A DNA stretch of 64,000 nt. Source: Novakomyces olei. Taxonomy: Eukaryota. The stretch lies in assembly GCA_016906335.1 (NCBI GenBank), contig JADEYG010000009.1:930001-994000 (forward strand), given 5' to 3'. Position 1 is the stretch's first letter; the number at the start of each line of letters is the position of its first letter. The notes beneath the pieces were generated by a model. The model saw only the letters and a program-made list of their open reading frames with translations. It was not told the DNA's origin and searched no databases. The translations under genes and the position numbers were made by a program. Positions 50,495 to 62,693 of this stretch are shown here, piece after piece.

Positions 50495-52782
50495 TCATGG
50501 CTCTTCTCCCACAATCTTGATCCCAAAGCCTTGCCACCTGCGAACGTGCTCTTGCTGAGCAGAACCGATGTTAGGGCTACCGACAACCGGAGCCTGCTTG
50601 GTCACATAATATTCTATCAAGCAGGGCTCACACCACTTTGTATCGCTCGGGCTCAATTCATCAACGCTTGCATTTGCGTCATTTTCAAGGTTACCCCACA
50701 GCTGCGCGAGCCGTTGCCGCAGTCTCATCGCCACTCGTTTAGTTTTCCATAAACTGCTGTTAATAAAAGGAACACGTTTAAAAACATAAGCCAATCCTTA
50801 CTTCATGGGCATGATCGTACGGTCATTTATCAATGCCTCTGCGTTCCGATCGGTAAAGATAACAGGGATTGTTGCCCCATCCAAACCTTCAAAAAGAATC
50901 ATAAACTTCCAGCAATATGGACAATAGGACGCAAGAACACCGCACGAAGCACAACGCTCGCCAATGCTATTACTCAGTATAACTTGGTTAAATGCAGCTG
51001 TATTCTTACAATATATTGCAGGCTCGACAAAAAGGCTGTGCAAAATCCTCTACATTGACGGGGAGAAAGTCCACGGGCCGTGCAAATATACGTAGCAATT
51101 TTGGCTTTGGTTCTTCTTGAATCGGCCGATGTAATATATCTCCAACCACACTGAAAGGCACGTTTTGAAATGCACAGTGGACTTTTAATTAGTTTGAACT
51201 GACAAGGGAAAATCAACTTTATTAAAAAATCAATAAAATATAAAATATAAAAATGCAACACATAAAAACAAAAACTTACCGTTATTATTTAATTTTTCCT
51301 TGGGTAGTTTTGCCCGTAACTCTTCTGTCTCTTTGAGCTTTATTAACCGCTCATGTTCTCGCATATGTGCTTGAAATGCCTCCGTGTACCGCTTCTTACG
51401 CCTGAATGGTTATTTTCGAATATGAAAAAGCAAAAAAAAGTAAAGATTTCCTATAATAATTATTCATTATAGCATTATTTTTTGACCCGCCTATGATGAT
51501 AATTGCCAGCATCACATTCTGGTCAAGGAGCCCAATAAACATTTGAAATAGTCTGTCACAATTTCTTGTCATATAATCTATTTTGCTATCCTTACCCTAT
51601 TAAAGGAGCGACAGCAGCACTCTGTTTCGGCTGTTTTGACAATAATATTTTATCCGGGTACTTTTGATCGCCATGAAGAACCCCCTCCAGGAACCCCGAC
51701 TGGTTAACACGCCCCCGTAAATTTTGCAAAAACAATATATCTCCTGCACGAACGCTTTTACGGCAGTACGTATGGCCAGCATCAAAAACAGAGACTTTCA
51801 ACGTATATTTGCCGTAAGGACCTTGCCAATTAGACCCATACTCCCTTGGCTTGAGTAAAGGATTCTTTGAGTAGTCTGTGACTAGCAGTTCCGTGTAATC
51901 GTTATGATCATAAGACTGCAAAACTTCGGCATAAATAGCATGAAATCTATCGCGTTCCATCTCTTTGATTTTTATAGGCTGCCGTGAAGAACGTGTTAGG
52001 GCCCCAGAAGAAGAGGCTCCAGCAGACCCATTTGGCGCCCCATTCTCACTGCCTTTATCTGCACCACTTTCCACAGCTAATGGAGACGTTTCATACTGCT
52101 GGCGCAGTTTGGCCGCCTCATCATCCGAATCTGCAGTCACTTGCGTCATTGCCCGCGGCCCAGTGGGCGGAAATCGCGAGCCGTCAGTCGCCCACTGGGC
52201 AAAGCGGGTACGGAAATTTGAGAGCAATTGTACGTGGTCATTGTACAGGGTAACTTTAATATTTTTCAGTAACAAAACCTCTCCAACACTGTGGATGTCT
52301 GGCAGCGCTTCTATTGTCGCACCGAAAAACACTACGCGTACCGTGGACGATGAGCCCGCGGACAGGTCGTCGCTAAGTGTAAACGTTACATTGGTTTCTT
52401 TTAATATTAGACACGAAGATAGGTAAATAGGATAATTCAACAAAACAACGGAAAAAACTGTCGAGACAGCTGACGGACAGCTGACGGACAGCTGACGGAC
52501 AGCTGACAGAGATAATTCGAAATAAAAAAAATTATGTTTATATATATCAGACATGAAACAAAGAGCGCGCGCAATCAGAACGTATCTTACCCCCAATCTT
52601 GGTCGGGCCAGGTCGCCGGTGGCTGATAACGAGACCCAAAACGTCTACTGTAACACCAACAAACTGCCGTAGATCGCGTATTGCGATTATTCCAGAATTT
52701 GCCTATTTGCTGTGTCAGTTTAAAGAGGTTTAGCGGCACATACTGAAGTGCCATCTTGATCTTGCGCAATTGTATCTTCCAT
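50495..52782 (-). CDS. POT1: Protection of telomeres protein Pot1, 7 exons
   Basis: OB1 VDVLGLVI...FTLSD...VVFF...LPDIHSVGEVLLL; OB2 ELLVTDYSKNPLL...WQGPYGKYTLKV...LEGVLHGD; OB3 DFLP..VEDF, WKFMILFE, LAQLWGNLE, IEYYV, RRWQGFG. Confidence 0.93.
52465..52507. repeat. 11-nt tandem repeat (GACAGCTGACG) x3.9 in POT1 intron 2
   Basis: Seen directly; each unit contains the E-box palindrome CAGCTG. Confidence 0.9.
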
Positions 52783-53371
52783 TTTGCAGCGATAAGTGCT
52801 GTCGCTCAGGGTACCTCCGCTATTGATAATAATGTATATAAAGCTATGACTGTATATTTATTATACTGTAAAATACACTGAAAACTAAGCTTCTTTCTCG
52901 GCTTTTATTTGTTCAAAAGTCATTAAAAAATAAGGATCTTGGTATAATAATAAATTTATGAGAGTGCCACGAGGTTTCAGGTTTTCGAGGTCTAATAAAG
53001 TCAATGACCTCGAAGCGAAATGGAGAAGAATTTAAAAGATTCATATTGACGATTACACGCTTATGACCGTAATTGTAATAATAATAATAAATAAATTAAT
53101 TATTATTATTATTATTTATTAATTTTATTATTATTATCACAATTACCCGTACTTGATTCTAACAAAAGCTCTTGCATACTACGCAAAGGACATGTAAAAC
53201 GTTAAAAATGTAAAAATTAATCAATTACTTTTTTTTGTATCACGAAAATGGGATCGATATTAACTGCCTAGATAATTGAATCGCACAAGGAAGCAAATGA
53301 CTAAAACTCCATTGTTACGCATCCACAGGCAGGACATGCACTTGATAGCCCATCGAATATCGCGAGTACAC

Positions 53372-54613
53372 TCAAGCACCATTAGGCTGGTCCTCAGCAA
53401 GCTTAGCACTGTCGTCAGCATTGCCAGTGGAAGCCTCAGTAGGAGTACTCTGCTCAGCCTCGCCAGTCTGGGCCTGAGCAACCTTCTCTGGCTTGTCCAT
53501 GGCCTTTTTAACCACCAGGGTTCGGCCTTCGACTACCTTGCCATTCATCTCAGAAACTGCACGCTCCTGCTCCTCCTTAGAGGCAAGAGTAACAAAACCA
53601 AAGCCTCGGTTGTGTCGCGTTTCACCGCGTTCGATCAGCTTCCGCACAAGGAAACGGGGGATTATGCGCAGCGATACTTTTGCAGACTGCACGTCAAAGC
53701 CTGAAAACAGTTCCTTGAGCTGAGAAATTAGTAAACATTTTTATTTTATTTTATTTTATTTTAGTTTTATTTCCAAATTCCAATAGTCTTTATTCGTTTC
53801 TGTTTTTATTATGTATTTTCTTTCCTTTCTTTTTCCGTTACTCATACCTTTGCATCATCAACTTCGGGAGCGATACCAGCCACAAAGATAGAATTGGGGC
53901 TTTCAATACCGTTCTCCGGGGGACCCTTTCGGCGGGGAGCCGCCGTGCGGTTAAAAGGCGGGCGAGGTGTACGCCGCTGCGAGTCCTCAGTTGTCTGTTC
54001 CGCAATAGAATCGCCGTTAGGCTATGATTAGTATAATATTCAATGAAAAGTAGACTTTTAAAAATACAAGACGTCAACAAAGAGCCTAATATACAACAAA
54101 GAAAAGTATAGAGAAAGAGAAAGAAAGCGACAACACTCTTGGCTAGTGCGTACCTTGGTTTCGGTAAACTCCCGGCGAGGACGTGCGAGTGAAATCTGAA
54201 GCGGTCTGCCGAGGAACTCCTTGCCGTTGCTCTCGTCCAGAGCCTTGTTTGCCTGGTCTTGCGACTCGAACGAGATAAAAGCAAAATTTTTGAACCGTTT
54301 GAATGCTTTTATTTTGTGGATAACCACATGCGTACTTTTACCAGTTAGACTTGACTGACTATAAAAAAAACGAGTAAAACAAAGCGAATAAGCTATGCAC
54401 AAAAGCGCAAAGCCCTATCCCAACTTACACTTTGCCAAAAGGCTCAAAGAAAGCTCGTAAATTATGTTCCGTTGACTTGACAGACAGATTGCCCACGTAC
54501 AGCTTGGGCCCGTCTGTCTCCTGCTGCTGCTGTGTAGAAACTTCAGGCGCTCCAGCGGGCACCGCCGGCTGCTCCGAGGAGATAACCGTTTCACTTTCGA
54601 CCGTGTTTGCCAT
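53372..54613 (-). CDS. TCG1: Two-RRM protein, Tcg1/Sbp1-like (S. pombe Tcg1 is annotated as a single-stranded telomeric DNA-binding protein), 4 exons
   Basis: KLYVGNL and NFAFISF (RRM1); GPPENG..SPNSIFVAG; IPRFLVRKL..RGE.R..RGFGFVTL...EMNGK.V..RTLVVK (RRM2 with the family-typical insert). Confidence 0.75.
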
Positions 54614-54933
54614 ATTGTGTACGAGCGGCTCTTTTAACTTGCTGAGTTTGTGTGCTAATGTGTTTTGCTTTTCCTGTGTTGTACTTGAACAACTAGCGCC
54701 AAACGAGATGGGGCGAGATGTAAGAAAGGACTTTGAGCCAACAGTTAGTGTGTGACCAGTGCAGGTTTCGGCAGCACAGTTAGTTCTCTTGTCTTTTTTT
54801 TTTTTTTAATGTGTGGTTAAGTGGAAGGTGTCGCGTATAATAATATAGTACAGACAGACATGTAGATTTTCTCGTAATAATAACATAACCATGTCGAACC
54901 CAAATTTTTCCAGAACATTGTCACGGGACGAGG

Positions 54934-55059
<126 letters not shown>

Positions 55060-55309
55060 ATCATCGACCATCGATGCTATAAATATATAGCGGAGCTCCA
55101 AAATACTCGTATATTCGTATAAAATTATGGGTCCTGTTTGTGTCCCCATATTTGCGCCATACAAGTGTAATGCAAAAGATAGTTCATTTCTATGAATCTG
55201 TAATGGCTAAACACATATGAAATAAAGACAGCGAATGATACGCATCCGGCCATCACCGATATTTTCAGAAGGCAGTAAATTGACTACTCGAGGAAACAAA
55301 CTACTCGAG

Positions 55310-56212
55310 CTAGTCCACCGACTTTTTGAGTCGCTCAAGCATAAAAGTCTCATATTCATCATAAACTTTCAGTTTCTCCTTGCTTGCATCCGTAACCCGT
55401 TTAAAATCTTCGTCAAGCTCGAACCATTCTGAATTGTTGCAGACGTCGTCAGCAAAGATAGCCCAAAACTCAGCCCATGAATTAGCCCAAACGACATGTT
55501 CCTCTAAGTCCCGTCCCGACGTAATGACCTGACCTTCTCGTCCCTTTGGCCCCGGCACGAAATCCAGGCTGATATTGTTCCCGCATCCATCGGTCGTAAG
55601 GGGAATCCATTTAGGATGAGCGTAAAAAGACCCAACAGCATCCGCTGGAACAGATGTAAACTCCATCTCCATCTCGCAATCGTATCCGCACGTTGAACCA
55701 GCTCCAAAATCCCCAAGTGTCTCCATCCAGAGTGTGTGGTAGTATTCTATGCCTTTTGTATCCAGTATCAAATGAAGGTTCAAGAAAGCGTCCGCACCCC
55801 TATCTTGGCCATTGTGCACGGACAAGTACTCGCGTACATCCTGAGGCAGCTTGACACCCACTTTGCTCTCTACCTCGTCCAGCTCTTGCTCAGTAGCACC
55901 CGGGTTTAAAGAGAAGTACGCCAAATCAATCTTCTCACTGTACTTGTCCTTGATCCGCTGCCACGAGTCCGCAACCGCTGGCGGATCTGGCCAGCTTCGT
56001 AGGGGATTGCGTTCAACAAACAATAATTCCCAGCCTGGGTTCCGGGGAAGTTTTGCGCGCAACTCTTCTTGTGCCGAAGAATTGGCCCCTCTTTCGGTTT
56101 TGGAGTTTGCAGTAGATCCCTCATCCGATCCCAGAGGATTGCTGTTGCTTGGTGAATCTTTATTAGAGTCACTCGACGACTGTCCCTCGACCTGGCTTGC
56201 TTTGCCAGACAT
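55310..56212 (-). CDS. SMI1/KNR4-domain protein, 300 aa, intronless (divergent Knr4-like)
   Basis: PPAVADSWQRI, LNPGAT..EL..VE..VGVKLPQDVR..L.VHNGQ, YAHPKWIPL..DGCGNNI.LD..PGPKG..GQVI..GRD. Confidence 0.9.
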   Translation of the reverse strand: MSGKASQVEGQSSSDSNKDSPSNSNPLGSDEGSTANSKTERGANSSAQEELRAKLPRNPGWELLFVERNPLRSWPDPPAVADSWQRIKDKYSEKIDLAYFSLNPGATEQELDEVESKVGVKLPQDVREYLSVHNGQDRGADAFLNLHLILDTKGIEYYHTLWMETLGDFGAGSTCGYDCEMEMEFTSVPADAVGSFYAHPKWIPLTTDGCGNNISLDFVPGPKGREGQVITSGRDLEEHVVWANSWAEFWAIFADDVCNNSEWFELDEDFKRVTDASKEKLKVYDEYETFMLERLKKSVD

Positions 56213-56320
56213 GTTGGTAAAATGGCTCGTCTATATGATTAAACTGACCAATCCTCACCATGACGGGTCTATGACCACGCTCCTTGTACATGACGACCAT
56301 GATGCATGCCATTTCCCATA

Positions 56321-56785
<465 letters not shown>

Positions 56786-56830
56786 AAATTTGCTAAAAAT
56801 TCTACAGGTCGACAATTCTCGAGGGCCATA

Positions 56831-59167
56831 ATGGTACGTGCGAGTCGCGCGGCCGTACTGCCCACGAACCTTCCGCACCTGCAAAATCTGATAAAGAGGG
56901 ATCCGCCATCGTACCGTGAAGAATTCCTTCAGCAATGGCGGTACTATGAAACAACGAGGGACATTTTTCTCGCTCAGCCAGAGCACAGTAACCCTGAATT
57001 TGCAGCGCTCGTGGGCTTCATTGCGCAAGTAGCGCCCTCTTTCCCACAGGAAACTCGCGAGTTTCCTCAGCAGATTGCACAGCTTTTGCTGAGGCTGCAC
57101 GATCAGCTGCCGCCCGATTTGAGAGACAAACTGCTGCACTCGCTGACACTTTTACGCAACAGAGGAATAATAAGCGCTCCAGATTTTGTGCGCTTTTTGT
57201 TCCCATTAATCAGCGGCTCTTGTTCGCGGACACTGCGGGACGCAGTGTACCGTACGCTCGCGCTACTTGTGCGTAACGAAAATGCGAAATCGCGAAACGA
57301 GCGGTTAAATCGGCTCGTGCAGTCTCTGCTCTTTGCACTAGTGGCAGACGAAAATTCTGCCCTCAATGGATCAGGGCATTTTGCTGTCAAACTGACGGCT
57401 GAGCTGTGGCGCAGGCACGTCTGGTCCGGCGACTTGCAGGCCGTGGAGATAGTGCGGCAGGCCTGCCTCCACGGCCGGGACAAAATGCTTCTCGCTGCTC
57501 TCTACTTTTTCCTGGACCGGGACGAGGATGCAGAGGCGGATGGTGAGGGTGAGGGTGGAGCGGGGAACGAAATGGATCTCGTCCGGAAACTACAGCACCA
57601 GTCTACCATCAACAAGTCGTCTAAAGCACGTGAAAAACAGGTCGCTAAAGCCCTGGCTGCGTTTCATAAACGAGAAAAATTACGGAAAAAGAACAGTGTC
57701 CTCGATTTTTCTGCTCTCCAGCTCGTCAATGACCCTCAGGGGTTTAGCGAACTGCTCTTTCACCGCTACTTGACAAACAATAATAATAATAATTTTAATA
57801 ATAATTATAATAACCCTAACCCTAACCCTGGCACTACATTTACCAGACTACCGGCGGCTCAGCGCACAGTTGTGCTGCAGCTCGTCACGCGACTCGTGGG
57901 CCTTCACAAACTCACGCTTCTGCCGCTCTATTCTTTTATGCAAAAATTCCTTTCACCTAAACAGCGCGACGTGACACAGTACTTGGCTTTTGTTGCACAG
58001 AGCACTCACGAATTTGTGCCTCCAGACGCGATTACGCCAGTGCTGTTGAAAATAGCCAACGAGTTTGTTACTGCCGGAGTGGCTTCTGAGGTTGTTACTG
58101 CGGGAATAAACGGCATTAGAGAGATATGTGCTCGCCAGCCGCTGGCGATTACACCCGAGCTACTCCAGGATCTAACAGAGTACAAGGGATCGAGGGACAA
58201 AGGGGTCATGATGGCGGCAAGATCCCTGCTTTCTCTCTACAGGCAAGTTGCTCCAGATATGCTGAAGAGACGGGACCGTGGCCGTAAAGCTGCAATGCTT
58301 CCGCAACAGCAAAAGGGACAGGATAGCGGTAGTGTTGGAGGCAGCTTGGGTGTTCAGTTTGGCGTAGACAGGCACACTGTCCATGGAATCCCAGGCTTAG
58401 ATTTACTGGAAGCTTATACGGCAGAAAATGAGGGCGGAGAACCAGCGTCTGACGATTGGAAGCAGTGGCACGTTGAAGAGGACAAGGACACTGATGATGA
58501 AGGCTGGATCGATGTTGAGCCAGACGGTCCTGATTTGAGCGTGAGTGACTCGGATTCAGATTCAGATTCATATTCAGACTCAGATTCAGATTCAGATTCT
58601 GGTTCAGATTCTGGTTCAGATTCTGGTTCAGATTCATATTCAGGTTCAGATTCTGGTTCAGGTTCAGGTTCAGATTCAGTTGCAGACTCACAGTCTAAAC
58701 CAACTCTTGTCCGCGGAAAAGATGGTGACGAGTTACAAGCATTCAGTTCAATCGCCACCCGGAAGATTCTTACTCCAGCAGACCTGAAAAAGCTGCAGGA
58801 GCTTCGGCAGAAAGCCGCCGAACAAAGCACGACAGTCCACAAACGTACAAGCAGTATTAATGTTGAAGAAGAGCAAGATGGAAGTGTGGACGCGGCAGTT
58901 ATTGAAGGACCGCGTAAACGCGCTAAACAGGATCGCGAGGCCCGATTGGCTACGGTAATGGCGGGCCGAGAAGGCCGAGGCAAATTTGGGTCTGCCAAAG
59001 GCGAGAAAAAGCAAGGAAAATCCACAACAAATAAGGAAAAATCTAGAAAAAAGGCGTTTATGATGACGATACACAAGCGTGGCCGAGGCACAAAGGGCCG
59101 AAGTCTTGTGGACACGCAGAAACGGATGCGTGATCATGTAAATAAGCAAAGGAAGATGAAGAGGTAG
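56831..59167 (+). CDS. SDA1: Ribosome biogenesis protein Sda1, intronless
   Basis: LPTNLPHLQNLIKRDPPSYREEF, QRDVT, KIANEFV, GINGIREIC.RQPL, KGVMMAARSL, ILTPAD, STTNKEK.RKK.FMM. Confidence 0.97.
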   Translation: MVRASRAAVLPTNLPHLQNLIKRDPPSYREEFLQQWRYYETTRDIFLAQPEHSNPEFAALVGFIAQVAPSFPQETREFPQQIAQLLLRLHDQLPPDLRDKLLHSLTLLRNRGIISAPDFVRFLFPLISGSCSRTLRDAVYRTLALLVRNENAKSRNERLNRLVQSLLFALVADENSALNGSGHFAVKLTAELWRRHVWSGDLQAVEIVRQACLHGRDKMLLAALYFFLDRDEDAEADGEGEGGAGNEMDLVRKLQHQSTINKSSKAREKQVAKALAAFHKREKLRKKNSVLDFSALQLVNDPQGFSELLFHRYLTNNNNNNFNNNYNNPNPNPGTTFTRLPAAQRTVVLQLVTRLVGLHKLTLLPLYSFMQKFLSPKQRDVTQYLAFVAQSTHEFVPPDAITPVLLKIANEFVTAGVASEVVTAGINGIREICARQPLAITPELLQDLTEYKGSRDKGVMMAARSLLSLYRQVAPDMLKRRDRGRKAAMLPQQQKGQDSGSVGGSLGVQFGVDRHTVHGIPGLDLLEAYTAENEGGEPASDDWKQWHVEEDKDTDDEGWIDVEPDGPDLSVSDSDSDSDSYSDSDSDSDSGSDSGSDSGSDSYSGSDSGSGSGSDSVADSQSKPTLVRGKDGDELQAFSSIATRKILTPADLKKLQELRQKAAEQSTTVHKRTSSINVEEEQDGSVDAAVIEGPRKRAKQDREARLATVMAGREGRGKFGSAKGEKKQGKSTTNKEKSRKKAFMMTIHKRGRGTKGRSLVDTQKRMRDHVNKQRKMKR

Positions 59168-59918
59168 ATTTAGAGAATGAAGAAATAAATAAATAAATAA
59201 ATAAATAATATATTTGTATATACATATATATATACATATTAGCTGTGCACTAATTGCTACTTAAAGGCGTTTTAATTATGTGAAAATTATATTATTTTAT
59301 CGATATTACTAAGCCCAATACCATTGTACGCGCACGTGCTGGTAAGAAGCTGCTTTTCGCGTGATTAAACGCACATGGAACGCGTCAAACTCAAGTTTAT
59401 ATTTCCATAAACCTCAATCTGATAAAAATAACGCTCTGCACAAAATTAGACAAACGCGATACTGATCAGGATAAAAACACGGCAAAAATTTGTGCACACG
59501 CACATGCTGCTCGCTTTAAAATTCGAAGAGCGATTAGTCCACCACCGGAAATGAAGAAAACAAAGATAAAAAAACTAAATAACAACGCAGAACTAAAAAA
59601 AAAAGGAGTATTATTTTGGTGGGCCGCTTGCATTTCATAAATTGAATCCCTTGTTCAAACGCGTTGCAGAAAAAATTTCAAGCTCACATTATATGGTCTC
59701 AAAGTCGCCTCAAAAACAATAAAACGGCCATCCGAGAGGAATACCATGATACACAAGACAAAACAGACAATAAAATTCAACTAAAACAAAAAATGGCAGG
59801 AAAATTATTCAGATACAAAACAGTATTACAACTAGGAGACTCAAGAGACAGCAGCAAAACATTACAGAGCCAAAGCACCGCACTAGAACAAGAAACATCC
59901 ACCTGATTCAGATTCCAC

Positions 59919-61618
59919 TCATCGCGGCCGATTAGCACCGTGGCGCTGGCTATTTACCTCCTCGTCCTCTGAAGCGCGATGGTGGAGATCATCATCAGGG
60001 TTAGTAACCCTAAAAACTTTGCGCGAGTAATCCTCCTCGTCGCGTAAAGAAGTCCGTGAATAGTTGCTGTCAAACCGCATCATTAGACTGCGAGGATCGA
60101 CCCGCTGGTCCACGACCAAAGCTCCCTGGCCATAAGGATCATTGTCAAACTGGCCCAAAGGCGGTGAAGAGCCGTCGTGGGCCGAATTGTTATGAGGAGC
60201 CCAGTGATGATGGTGAGCAGCTGTAGAGTTTGTATGAGACGCACTAGACGTTAAGCCAGTACGGCTGTTTGTACGGGCATGGCGGCCGCCAAAGATTCCA
60301 GCCAGACTCGTTATTATAGAGGACCCACTTCCATCAATGGCTCCGTCCGCATCGTGCCGAGATTTCATCTCGGGACTTGCATCAAAGACCATATCCGCCT
60401 CGCGATTACGTCGCCATCTTTGATAGATTAAGAACCCTAACAGGAACAAAAGTGCTGCCGCGACGAGGCCCACAACGACAAATACACCTGCTACTTTGCC
60501 AGAACTCCTAAAGAAAGCATTGCCGCCTCCACTGCCATTAGACGCAGACGAGTGTTCCTCAGCCGTACTTGCAGTCGACGAGGGCCTTGAAGGTGTGGAG
60601 GAAGGTGTGGGTGCCAATGAGGACGAAAAGGCCGAGCTGGACAAAGTAGAACTTGAGCTAGAGGCCAAAGTAGTACTAGTACTGGTACTAGTAGTACTAG
60701 TACTGGTACTAGTAGTACTGGTACTAGTGCTTGTACTGGATGGACTAGTAGAGCTAGATGAACTACTAGTGCTAGTAGTACTGCTCGAAGCCTGTTTGTT
60801 AGAAAAAGAAACGTGGCTCACTTACTATTGAGGGCGTCACAAAGACGGTCATGATTGACGGAGCTTGAGACGATGCAGAAGAGGACGCAGGCGAGGAGGA
60901 GGAGGGGGAAGAAGAAGGCTGTGAAGGGGTATTTGAAATAAAAACTGTAGTAACCTCAGGCGCAATGCTCGACTGAGGGCTGGAAGACGAAGGTGAAGAA
61001 GAAGAGGCAGCGAGTGTAGACGAAGGCTGGCCCAATTGGTAGTAAATGTATAACCCATTATCTTGACTTCCACAATCATTGTCGCCGTACCCGGGACATG
61101 GATCGTTGCAGTTGCCCAAGTCCGTTGTCTCGCCCGGTCTTACATTACTGCACCAACATTGGAAATTGAGAACAACAGCGTAAGCGTAACCCGCACACTG
61201 GTCCGAACATGAGCCCATTGATTGGAACTGATTGTATACTAGAACCGTTAGATTTGTAGTCTTTATGTATACCTGGAAATTGGCATTGTTGTCATCGTTG
61301 AATGTCCACTTTTTGTTTTATTCTTTTTGCTTTATTCATTTTGTTTATTATTATTATTTTTTTGGTTTGTTTTTTGGTTATTTTTTTTTATTCGCGTTGC
61401 TTTATTCTTTGATCGATTTCTGTCTGTTTATCTTTTCTCTAATTGATCTCTGTAGATTGCTGTTTTCTTTCCACGTCTTCCACCTTACCTGGATCGTAAT
61501 CGGACCCCGTGTTTTGAGACGAGCATAGTGACTGTGCTCGCACGAGTGCAGGTACGAGGAGAGATAGAATCAGAGTCGGGAATGACACGTGCCGCCGGCG
61601 GGCCGTGTGACATTTCAT
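59919..61618 (-). CDS. WSC1: WSC-domain cell-wall stress sensor, 3 exons
   Basis: Signal peptide, CSSQNT...FQSMGSCSDQC...CWCSN...CPGY..CG WSC domain, S/T stalk, TM VAGVFVVVGL, tail DQR.DP...SLRDEEDYSRKV.RVTNPD; 34-nt intron 60825-60792. Confidence 0.93.
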
Positions 61619-62693
61619 TGATCTCAAGTTATATGACTGCTTGAATTTTACTGTGCTACCCTCCGCTTATTCAGCGTTGGTACGGTCCTTTTCTTCCGCG
61701 GGTACGTATGTCCAATCCGTCGCTTAACTTTCCCAGTGTGAGGCGGTGCCGCTCGAGCTGCAGAGCCTTCTTTTTCTGTGCAGGCAAAAGAATGTACAAA
61801 AGGACAAAACGAGAGGAGAGAAAGAGTGCTGGAGCGACCGGCTTTACAAAGAGCCTTTAGTAATTAAACACAAAAGTGCCGCCAAAGACTTACAGACTGC
61901 TCTCTCACTTTAAGTGCATAGGGCCCTGCGCATTGGCACTGATCGGCGTAACAATAAACAAATAAAAGGTACAAGAACGCCGAGTTTTCATGGATGATCA
62001 TAATGTACTGGCTTTATTTTTAGTAGAATTACTTGCTTGTATTGTATTGCACATTAAAAGCTGTGGCCGCTTATAATTATTGTTCATTATATTCTATATT
62101 TATGCTCGCTTTACCATTAATGTTTGGCTGAAAATTATTATATATAGTAATTATATATAGAAATACACATTCGCCATCCTGTGTGAATACGCTTTTATAT
62201 AGGGCGCTACTTTTATTTATGGCGCTTTTGTTATATCCCGTGCACCCGTGTACATGATTAGGTTACATTTTTGTGCCAATCGAGACGTGGATCCCGAATG
62301 GCTACAAGCACGGAATTTCTATTACTGGGTCGGAAAAGACGGGTTGTCTTGTCCGTCCAAAATACCTGATTTTATCAGATTCAAATGGCTTTCGATCAGC
62401 AGATTTAATCAATCGTATCGCTTTTTTTATTCAAACTAATTAAACTAATTATATTAAATTGTTTACTTTTCAATTTATCTAATTTCAATTTAATTCAAGT
62501 TTGAAAAATTCACTTTTATTGAACTGTCTCATATACAGTCGAGCGCTTAATAATAGGGAAAAACATAATAAAGAACAAATTAATTAAAAAAAAATAAATA
62601 AATAAATAAATAAAGAAAAGCAATGCTTGTCAGTATCGATTGCTTCCAAAATTCAAATTTTAAACTATTCTATCCTTATTATCGACCACTGTA

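Noticed and set aside
58414-59115. 233-aa antisense ORF in SDA1, and similar shadow ORFs (12915-13460, 25828-26490, 6048-6563)
   Set aside because: Overlap well-supported genes and have no family features; expected from codon bias and low complexity
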